A stretch of DNA of 64,000 nucleotides, taken from assembly GCA_903847095.1 (NCBI GenBank), contig CAINCQ010000041.1:72292-136291 (forward strand), read 5' to 3'. The position numbers and the translations under genes are program-made. Positions 56,569 through 64,000 of this stretch are shown piece after piece. Below the pieces are notes generated by a model that searched no databases, was not told where the DNA came from, and saw nothing but the letters and a program-made list of their open reading frames with translations. Source of the DNA: an uncultured bacterium (lineage in GTDB: Bacteria; Patescibacteriota; Minisyncoccia; Minisyncoccales; UBA5738). The stretch's first letter is position 1. Each line of letters opens with the position of its first letter.

Positions 56569-56978
56569 TATCCGTCACTCTCCAAACTGCAATGTTGCAG
56601 CGTTTTTTCGATTGAATCTAATTATAAATTATTTATCGGTCTTGTCAACCTTAAGGCAGTTTTGAAAAAAAACGATGCGCACTTGATCAGCGCGCATTTC
56701 AATTTTTTTATAGTATGCCTCTGATTTGCGCCAGTATCGCGCAAATCTCCTTGCCGTACCCCAGGATGGCAAATATCCCGAAGACGACACAACCAACCTT
56801 GATCTGTATTATTTTTACTTCCATGTCGCGGCTATGCCACCGCGAAAATTGCATTTCCTTTAGTCTCACTTTCTTCCCTCGTTTATTATTGTATGCCAAT
56901 ATTATAGCATAAATGAAATAAAAGTCAATAGTTCAAAAATCAAAACACCCCCGTATTAGGGGGGGTGCCGCAAATTTA

Positions 56979-57713
56979 TCAGTCTTGTAGAACGGTTTCG
57001 ACCACGATGCGTTTGAAATCTTTGCCCGGCGGCCAGCAGCTTACCAAAAATGCGGTATTTTTATTGGGATCCGTGGTTGGCAATTCTTCGCCCGGCATTA
57101 AAAAAACGGTTTTAACGACCTCGTAATTAAAGTTTTGACCATTATATCCCAGCTTTACTATATCCCCGGCTTTCAGGTCGTTGAGACGGCTGAAAACCCA
57201 ATCGTATTTGATTTTTGGCCACCCGGGAGGTGCGCTATGCCCAAGAAGGATCATGTCTCCGTTCTGGCCCGGCATGGTTCCGCCCGGATACATAACAACC
57301 CCGGAATCCAAATATTTATGAATGATAGTGTTGTCGGTGGTATCGGATAGGACGATGGGAGCCTCGATTCCGATCTTCGCGATCGAAATTCCAAAACTTT
57401 TTTTAGCGCCTCCATTTTTTATCGGATCAACCGGCTGTTTTTTAACGGCGGTTGCGCCTGATTCTTCTTTTGGATCTTCCGATCCTTGGGTCGGTTGCAT
57501 TTTAACTTCGGTCGGGGAGTTTTCCACGATGACCGCCGGTTTTTCTTCGGGCTTAAGGTCGCTAATATATTGTCCGGCAACTTTGTAATTGAAAAGCCAA
57601 GAGATGTTTGGCCAATTAAACCCGATGTAAAGTACGGCAAAAAAAATCACAAAGGGTTTCCAGAGGATCTCAATGGTCGAAGGTACGTGCTTTTTGGGTA
57701 ATTTCACTTCCAT
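56979..57713 (-). CDS. Sortase
   Basis: N-terminal TM, I.I.KIGIEAPI, catalytic His (LLGHS), Cys (LVSCWP) and Arg (KRIVV), F..L..LK.GD.V. Confidence 0.92.
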   Translation of the reverse strand: MEVKLPKKHVPSTIEILWKPFVIFFAVLYIGFNWPNISWLFNYKVAGQYISDLKPEEKPAVIVENSPTEVKMQPTQGSEDPKEESGATAVKKQPVDPIKNGGAKKSFGISIAKIGIEAPIVLSDTTDNTIIHKYLDSGVVMYPGGTMPGQNGDMILLGHSAPPGWPKIKYDWVFSRLNDLKAGDIVKLGYNGQNFNYEVVKTVFLMPGEELPTTDPNKNTAFLVSCWPPGKDFKRIVVETVLQD

Positions 57714-57734
57714 GATCGTTTGTTTTGGTTATGA

Positions 57735-58700
57735 TCAGAATATATTGAGGTCATGCGGAATGAGATCGAGAAGAACGCCTTTGTCGATAGCCACGAATAC
57801 CACGAGAAGGACGACAAAAGCCGCTGCTTTGAAAAATAGATCCTTGTGCTTAAAATCCAGGTTGAGAAGCAAATTAGCCGATAGCAAAAGGATCATGAAC
57901 AGGATCGAAGCATAAATAATGTATTGGAGAAAAACGTAATAGTCTTGGGACACAAAAGACAGAAAATCGAATTTTAATCCTTCGCGCGCGTCCTGGGTTC
58001 CCAAAACCTTTTCATAAGACGGAAGCACTGGCGTTGCCGATGCCGGTTGTCCCGCCGGAACGGTTTTATCAAGCGTTGCCGCGGGTGCCGGCGTCACCGT
58101 CTTTGCGCCCAAAACCTGCTGTTTTGAGCCAAATAGCTGCACCACGACAGTAGTTTCCGCACCCTGGAAGTTCCCGGTCACCACGGCAATACCCACTTCC
58201 CGATATTTATTGTTAAGGATGTTGGCTTTGTGGCTGGGCGAATCGATCCAGGCGTCGTTGACCTCGCTGGAATCGAGGAATCCGATCGCCAGGTTCTCCC
58301 CGGCGTAGTGGTAATTGTACCCGGACAGCTTAAACCAATACCAGGGGCTGACGCCTTTCGGACTGAAATGGGAAAAATAGCCGTTGTTAAGCATATCTTG
58401 AGCTTTAAGATAGGCCGCGCGGTCGAGAACCGGGTTTTCGGTCAAAGTCGTTAAACCGATTTTTTCCCGTTCTTGATTGGTGAGCTGGACCAAGGCTGTT
58501 TTGGTGATATCGGCAAAATAGGAAGACCGGGGAAAATAAAACAGGAACGATGCGGCAAACACTTTCAAAACTAGGATGGCGATCAGAAAATAAGCCAGAA
58601 AAGGGCCCGCGAAAATACCGGCCCGCTGACCGTTTTCCTTACAGGGAAATAAAAAAATCTTGGTTTTTTTAACCGCCGTAGCGGCAAGTTGTAGTAACAT
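57735..58700 (-). CDS. CAP (SCP/PR-1) domain membrane protein
   Basis: LTNQER...L..AA..KAQDM...YFSH, AGENLA, W..SPSHKANIL; start 58700 follows TTGACA-16-TATAAT. Confidence 0.92.
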   Translation of the reverse strand: MLLQLAATAVKKTKIFLFPCKENGQRAGIFAGPFLAYFLIAILVLKVFAASFLFYFPRSSYFADITKTALVQLTNQEREKIGLTTLTENPVLDRAAYLKAQDMLNNGYFSHFSPKGVSPWYWFKLSGYNYHYAGENLAIGFLDSSEVNDAWIDSPSHKANILNNKYREVGIAVVTGNFQGAETTVVVQLFGSKQQVLGAKTVTPAPAATLDKTVPAGQPASATPVLPSYEKVLGTQDAREGLKFDFLSFVSQDYYVFLQYIIYASILFMILLLSANLLLNLDFKHKDLFFKAAAFVVLLVVFVAIDKGVLLDLIPHDLNIF

Positions 58701-58841
58701 GATAAACTTATTATACCAGTTATTCATAAAATGTCAAGGATTAATGAGTTTGGTTTAGCCACTCTGTCCATCGATCGCGGAATAAAAAAATCAAGACGTG
58801 CCGTAAAAACGTCTTACCTTAACTTCAGATCGGTTTCCATT

Positions 58842-60509
58842 TTAATAGCAGTAACAGGCGGTTTCGCCCAAATCGTTGCCGTGGAAAGCGCAGTTATCGG
58901 ATGGATCTTGTTTGTAGTTTGATCCCGTGCAGGTTTCCCCGGCCGCGGCTTTAGGCTTGCAAACACCACAAGAGTCGTCCGGCACTTCCCGCACGAACGC
59001 CGGAGGAATGACCGCACCCCCGGTCATATTGCCGTGATAACTCCGCGGATCGTGCAAGACGCAAAAATACTCGTATTTATCGTAGGCGGTCGACCAGCGT
59101 TGATTGTCATGGCTGTAATAAAGAAAACCAAAATAGGCCTTGCAATTATTGTACGCTTGGTTGCCGCTTATTTGCATCGAGATCACTGCCTCGCCCGCGT
59201 TATTACATTGGGCCGCATTGCCCACAACCCCCATAAGATCATGGACTTCGTACACGCAAGCGTTTTTTGAGGGATCGGTCAAGCCAACACCCACGCAAAG
59301 TTTTCCGTTCTTTTTACAGATCTCGTCGCAATTGAAACCGCCCCGGAGACCGCCCCAGGTATTGTCGTCAAGCGAAACTTCCCCGGCCCAGTCCTGCATC
59401 AGTGTTTTTCCGCCGGTCAGATGCACGTCGGCCGGAGTGGCTCTAACGATCGTAAAAGGTTTATCTCCGATCTTGCCATCCGCATATTCATCCATCAGAT
59501 TCTCGCAACAATAATCGGTAATATAGAAATTGCTCTTGCCGGTATAGTCGTTTTTTGGTTTGTAAAGATCGGTTTGGTATTTATCCTTGGTATATTCAAT
59601 ATCCCCGAATACGTTGACACACTTTAATTTCTTGGTATCGGGCATACAAACGTATTTTCCTTTTTTACATTCGTTATCGTCAACCTTGCCATTGTTGTTT
59701 AAGTCAAGGTAGCAGCCTAAACCGATCTTGTCCTTTTCTTCATTGCATTGATTAACCACCACTTCGTCTTTCAGCTCGCAGGTATCGACGATACAGCGTG
59801 AAAGAATGTCTTCACAGCCGGCCGTGGTATTTCCGGTGCGCGTCTGACAATTAGCCACCGTTTCCTTGGGGTCGCATTTTTCGTCGCCGGTCACTTTTCC
59901 GTCACCACAACTAAGTTTTGGTGTCAGCTCGCAGGTTCCCTCAATACAACGCGAAAAAATGTCTTTGCAACCGGCCACGGTATTTCCGGTCCGCGCCTGG
60001 CAATCGGCCACCGTTTCCTTTGGGTCGCATTTTTCGTCGCCGGTCACCAATCCGTCGCCACAGGTTAATTTTCCGTCTTCGGGCATACCGCAGGTCACCT
60101 TGACCTTCCACCAACCATCTTTTAATCCCGACCACTCGGTGACCCCGATCACCATAAAAAAGGTGTTGATGAACAGCCAACCGGCCATCATTACCAGATA
60201 GCCTTTGAAAACGCTGGTCGCGATCATTTTTCCGGTTTCATAGTAGCTTGGGTTTGATCCCGAAATAAGAAACATGAATCCGGCAATGGCCAAAGCGACG
60301 GCGCCAAAAACGGTTGCCACATTGAAGAGCAGGAAATCCATCGCCAGCCGGAGCATCTCAAAAAACCAGCAGATGTTGCAATCCGGCTGGCCCGGCGCGC
60401 CACAGGGCACGAGGGTGGCGGAATAAACGGGCAAAAGCGGTGTCAGCGCGATCACGCCGGCTAAAAATAAAACCATTATCAATAAGTTTTTGGTTGGATA
60501 AAAACGCAT
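58842..60509 (-). CDS. CPR-type pilin-like protein with two CGDG modules and a Cys-rich C-terminus (paralog of 33115-34269)
   Basis: LVPCG...C..C.FF, two TM, W.GL...WWK, duplicated CGDG.VTGDEKCDPKETVA, NC...CKK..K.C.GVG, terminal CYC. Confidence 0.8.
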   Translation of the reverse strand: MRFYPTKNLLIMVLFLAGVIALTPLLPVYSATLVPCGAPGQPDCNICWFFEMLRLAMDFLLFNVATVFGAVALAIAGFMFLISGSNPSYYETGKMIATSVFKGYLVMMAGWLFINTFFMVIGVTEWSGLKDGWWKVKVTCGMPEDGKLTCGDGLVTGDEKCDPKETVADCQARTGNTVAGCKDIFSRCIEGTCELTPKLSCGDGKVTGDEKCDPKETVANCQTRTGNTTAGCEDILSRCIVDTCELKDEVVVNQCNEEKDKIGLGCYLDLNNNGKVDDNECKKGKYVCMPDTKKLKCVNVFGDIEYTKDKYQTDLYKPKNDYTGKSNFYITDYCCENLMDEYADGKIGDKPFTIVRATPADVHLTGGKTLMQDWAGEVSLDDNTWGGLRGGFNCDEICKKNGKLCVGVGLTDPSKNACVYEVHDLMGVVGNAAQCNNAGEAVISMQISGNQAYNNCKAYFGFLYYSHDNQRWSTAYDKYEYFCVLHDPRSYHGNMTGGAVIPPAFVREVPDDSCGVCKPKAAAGETCTGSNYKQDPSDNCAFHGNDLGETACYCY

Positions 60510-60517
60510 AAATTTGC

Positions 60518-61951
60518 TTACTTTAAGGAGTCAGATCCGCCCATTGCTTCATTCAAATCCGACTTTCCATCGCCATCCGTATCGGCTACGGTTGGATTGG
60601 TGCCCAATTCCTTTTCTTTGAGATCGGTCAGGCCGTCCATATCAAAATCCAGATCTCCCGGACCGGTCGGATTGGATAATTCCTGGATTTCGGTAAGATC
60701 ATCTTTGCCGTCGCCGTCAGTGTCTTTCTTGAAACGATCGGTTCCATAAAATATCTCGTCAATATCGTTTAATCCGTCCTGATCGGTATCATAAAGGCTT
60801 TGGCCCTTTTTAAGAGGATTAAATCCGTTGTTCCATTCGGCTCCGTCGCTCATTCCGTCTCCGTCCGTATCCGGGTTCAGCGGGTCGGTGCCTATCTTTT
60901 TCTCAAGGTCATCGGCCAGACCGTCGCGGTCTTGATCGTTGGAAATAGGATCTTTGCCCAGTTTTACCGCTTCCCCGTCCTTGATCCCATCGTTATCGGA
61001 GTCGGGCTTAGAACATGACGATTTATAGGTCTTAACTTCTTGGTAGTCGCTTAATCCATCATGATCGGTATCGGCAACGGAGGGATCGCATCCCTTGGCT
61101 ATCTCATCATAATCGTTTAATCCGTCACCGTCGGTATCGGCTTTTGACGGATCAGTGCCAAACCAAAGTTCGTTATAATCGGCAATGCCATCCTTATCGT
61201 AGTCAAAATTACCGTCTTTGATCATTGCACTGCAAGCTAGGCGGGCACCCTCGAACTGGATTTTTTGGCAATCGGCCTCGGTTTTCGCGGCCCGATAGGC
61301 CACGTAGGCTTCAAAAGATTGTTTAAAAACCGTTTCTCCGGTTTTTTCCGTAAGTTCAACCCCATTCCTCGACGCGTCCAGTACGCAAAGTTTCCCGTAT
61401 TCGAGGGTTTTTATTTTGGCACAATAATCAAGCGGCAACGATGTATCGCCATTCTTTCCGATATTGGTCGCTTTGACACGGTCAACGCATTCCTGGGATT
61501 CAAAAACGTCACCATCGCTTTCATGGCACAAAGCGGGATTATTGCTGTTGATCGCGACATCCTGGACACACCGAGACCGGTCGCTTTCGCTGGAAAGCTT
61601 GCCACAGTAGCGACCGTCCATTCTTAAGCTCGCCTCCCGGAAAAGGCAATCATTGCGAAAGGTTAAATCATCGAACATCAAACAATCCTTGATGTTTTTG
61701 GTCTTATAAAGAATTTCCGAAAGATGCCGGCGGTTGAAACATTCTTTCCGTTTGGCTCCGTCGCTCATGCTGGCGCAGTCGCCGGGAACGTCGGGCGCGC
61801 CTTCGATGAGCCCGTTTCCGTTCTCAATGACCGGTTTTTGCGCTACCTCCCTTTTTGGTAAAAAAAATGGCACGAATACAATTGCCAAAATGATCATTGA
61901 AAAAAACAGCAAACCGATTCCGATCCAAAAGCTTTTTTTCGATTCTTCCAT
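60518..61951 (-). CDS. Membrane-anchored protein with C...C helical repeats and many DxDxDG (TSP3-like) repeats (paralog of 32126-33112)
   Basis: N-terminal TM; about 10 D(T/S)D.DG..D..E...GT(D/N)P units. Confidence 0.85.
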   Translation of the reverse strand: MEESKKSFWIGIGLLFFSMIILAIVFVPFFLPKREVAQKPVIENGNGLIEGAPDVPGDCASMSDGAKRKECFNRRHLSEILYKTKNIKDCLMFDDLTFRNDCLFREASLRMDGRYCGKLSSESDRSRCVQDVAINSNNPALCHESDGDVFESQECVDRVKATNIGKNGDTSLPLDYCAKIKTLEYGKLCVLDASRNGVELTEKTGETVFKQSFEAYVAYRAAKTEADCQKIQFEGARLACSAMIKDGNFDYDKDGIADYNELWFGTDPSKADTDGDGLNDYDEIAKGCDPSVADTDHDGLSDYQEVKTYKSSCSKPDSDNDGIKDGEAVKLGKDPISNDQDRDGLADDLEKKIGTDPLNPDTDGDGMSDGAEWNNGFNPLKKGQSLYDTDQDGLNDIDEIFYGTDRFKKDTDGDGKDDLTEIQELSNPTGPGDLDFDMDGLTDLKEKELGTNPTVADTDGDGKSDLNEAMGGSDSLK

Positions 61952-62100
61952 TCTTTTATCGTCGTTTTAAAATTTAGATGGTTACCTGGTCTGTTAATAT
62001 TATACTTCGACTATTTTGAAAACTCAATTTTCTCTGCTAAAATAAGTAATGGGGTTTTTCTGTATCGTAAAGATAATCAGTAAACATAAAACAAGTATTT

Positions 62101-64000
62101 ATGAAAGCTTTCGAATATAATTTCAATCCGCAAACGCCCGGATATTTTTTTGACAGCTTCTCTTTTGAACCGGAAAGCAGCCACGAAAAAAGCTTGGGCG
62201 GTCTTTATATGGTCGGGATTTTAGGCAAAGCCAAGCAAAACGACGATTTTTTCCTTTCGAACCTGGCCAAAAAAATAAGGGAAAATCACTATCTGTCCAA
62301 GACCAAAGACCCCGAGGTCGCTCTCAATCAGAGCCTTCAGCTGGCCAACCAGTATTTGGAACAATTGGTCAAGAACGATAGCGTGAATTGGATCGGCAAT
62401 CTTGGTTTCGCGGTAATCGAAATCAAAAACCGGGCCATAAATTTCACGAAGACGGGCCCGGTCAAAATTTTGTTGTTACGCCAGGGCACGGTGATCGATT
62501 TGGAAGTTGGTATTGATTTTCCCGAAATGGAAACCTGCCCGCTCCGCGTTTTTGGCAACTTGGCGACCGGAAGATTGGAGGATGGAGACGCGGTAATGGC
62601 TTGTACCCTGGAAATCGCCGATTTCCTGTCCAAACAAAAGATGGACGAAGAGATAGCCCGGCTCATCGCTCCCGAAAACCCAAGCGAAAAAATGGACGAA
62701 AAGAAACTGGAAGATCTTTTTGGCTCCCGTCGCCAGGAACTCGGCCAAATGCCAGGTTCCTGCCTAATCGTCAGTTTGAGGAAAAATGAGGCTGGCATAT
62801 CAGCCGTAAGCTACGTTCCCGCCCCTAATTTAAAGAAAATGGCTCTTCGGGACGCGTTCAAACCTACATCCTTCCTGGGTTCACCGTCAATGAAGAAACC
62901 CAGGCTTTCACTGCCCTCGGTTCCTCGGATACCGTTATTGAAAACCGGAGCCTTGATCTTGGTGGTTGGCGCTATTGCCGCCGGGTTTTTCTTTTTTACC
63001 AATCTTGAATCACAAAAAAAAGCGCGGCTCTCAAACGATGCTTTCTTCGCCATTGAAAACAAGGTTGCTCAAGCCAAAAGCTACCAGCAAAGCGGGCAGA
63101 TCATGGAAGCCGGCAATCTCTTGACAGCCAGCCTGCAGGAATTGGCCACTCTTGACAAACAAGCCTCGCTTACGACGGACTTGAAGGGCCGGATCGGAAC
63201 ACTCCGCGCCCAGATCGGCCAGAATATGGATAGCTTGAACAAAGTAGAAAATACCACCGCTCTGGAAACGGTCTTTGACCTGAAAGACAGCGGTATCGAT
63301 CCGCAAAAGATTCTCCGTTTTTCGGGCGAGTTTTATTTCTTCGACCCGAAAGTCAAAAATCTTTTTTATTTGGATAAAAACAACGCTGGCAAGCTTATCG
63401 TTAACCAGTTCAATTCCGATATTGCTTTAGCCGGGGACGAATCCTTGTTGTTCTTTTCCAAGCCGAATCTGTTCGGTTATTATTCAAAAGGCGTTTTTTC
63501 GAAAGTAGCGCCGCTCAAGGATCCATACGCCAGTTACACTTTTAACAATTTCTTCACTTATAAACAAAACTTGTATTTTGTCGATAAAAATAACGGAAAG
63601 ATCGTAAAATACCCGCACCTTGGCGGCACTTCCTGGGCTCTGCCTCAGGTTTGGCTCAATACCGATCCGTCAAAACTTTCAACGCTGGTTTCAATGGCGT
63701 TTGACAAAAACGCTTGGATTCTGAACGCGGACGGCTCAATCGATAAATATTACCTGGGAAAATTGGAAACCACCTTAAAGCCGGCTTATTACCCCGCCTC
63801 GGGCAAGCTTGATAGCATCATCACCTCCGTTGATAACCCTTATTTGTATGTTTTGGACAAAGATCCGGCCCGGATAATAGTTTTGGACAAGAACGGAGTG
63901 CTGGTTAAACAGATTAGGAACAGCCAGCTCACCGATATCCGTGATTTAAGCATCTCCGACGACGGAAAGTCCATTTGGGTGCTCAACGGAACGGTCTTGT
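62101..64000 (+). CDS. Large membrane protein, runs off the window (PP2C-like-fold N-terminus, central TM, beta-propeller-like C-terminus)
   Basis: Open frame from ATG 62101 (MKAFEYNFNP...LGGLYMVG), TM near 62945-63000, LYF.D / LYVLD..RIIVLDKNG blades; missing from the ORF track because there is no stop codon. Confidence 0.75.
   Translation, partial: MKAFEYNFNPQTPGYFFDSFSFEPESSHEKSLGGLYMVGILGKAKQNDDFFLSNLAKKIRENHYLSKTKDPEVALNQSLQLANQYLEQLVKNDSVNWIGNLGFAVIEIKNRAINFTKTGPVKILLLRQGTVIDLEVGIDFPEMETCPLRVFGNLATGRLEDGDAVMACTLEIADFLSKQKMDEEIARLIAPENPSEKMDEKKLEDLFGSRRQELGQMPGSCLIVSLRKNEAGISAVSYVPAPNLKKMALRDAFKPTSFLGSPSMKKPRLSLPSVPRIPLLKTGALILVVGAIAAGFFFFTNLESQKKARLSNDAFFAIENKVAQAKSYQQSGQIMEAGNLLTASLQELATLDKQASLTTDLKGRIGTLRAQIGQNMDSLNKVENTTALETVFDLKDSGIDPQKILRFSGEFYFFDPKVKNLFYLDKNNAGKLIVNQFNSDIALAGDESLLFFSKPNLFGYYSKGVFSKVAPLKDPYASYTFNNFFTYKQNLYFVDKNNGKIVKYPHLGGTSWALPQVWLNTDPSKLSTLVSMAFDKNAWILNADGSIDKYYLGKLETTLKPAYYPASGKLDSIITSVDNPYLYVLDKDPARIIVLDKNGVLVKQIRNSQLTDIRDLSISDDGKSIWVLNGTVL

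Noticed and set aside
56708..56899. 63-aa ORF beside the sortase
   Set aside because: The listed ATG lies only a few nt from the -10 box and the true start is unclear; it may be a real small membrane peptide, but support is too thin to call.
59770..60066. Near-duplicate ~140-bp segments considered as a DGR template/variable repeat pair
   Set aside because: Both copies are in frame inside one gene, differences are not confined to adenines, and no reverse transcriptase is in the window.

Overview
This 64 kb window is most likely from a Patescibacteria/CPR genome of the Parcubacteria type. That call is inferred from gene style: LVPCG-type VirB2/TrbC-like pilins, a CAP-domain protein, a sortase, DUF11 surface proteins, short DnaX and UvrC, and many promoter-plus-terminator orphan genes. 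Positions 1-18 kb hold a MacAB-like ABC exporter followed by accessory enzymes and orphans around tRNA-Gln(TTG). Positions 18-46 kb hold a housekeeping and repair backbone (dnaX, cysteine synthase, cysS, dnaB, recR, rplU, rmuC, uvrA/C/B, transporters, tRNA-Val(CAC)) interleaved with orphans. Positions 46-64 kb form a cell-surface locus: two paralogous Cys-rich surface proteins (one 1822 aa with about 21 eight-Cys repeats) ending in a shared non-canonical TTVSTG-TM-basic sorting signal, a sortase, a CAP protein, and a pilin-fusion plus Ca-binding-repeat gene pair that also occurs at 32-34 kb. The best leads are: the VSTG/sortase surface system and the duplicated pilin-partner module; a putative Cys-sensing leader-peptide attenuator with an operator palindrome before cysteine synthase; an active/dead M14 peptidase pair; a 9-mer inverted-repeat element upstream of both dnaX and recR; a DnaA-box-linked small RNA; a long structured leader; and a frameshifted MFS gene. 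No CRISPR array, rRNA, intact transposase, integrase or reverse transcriptase was seen. All calls come from reading motifs by eye; no database search or computation was run.
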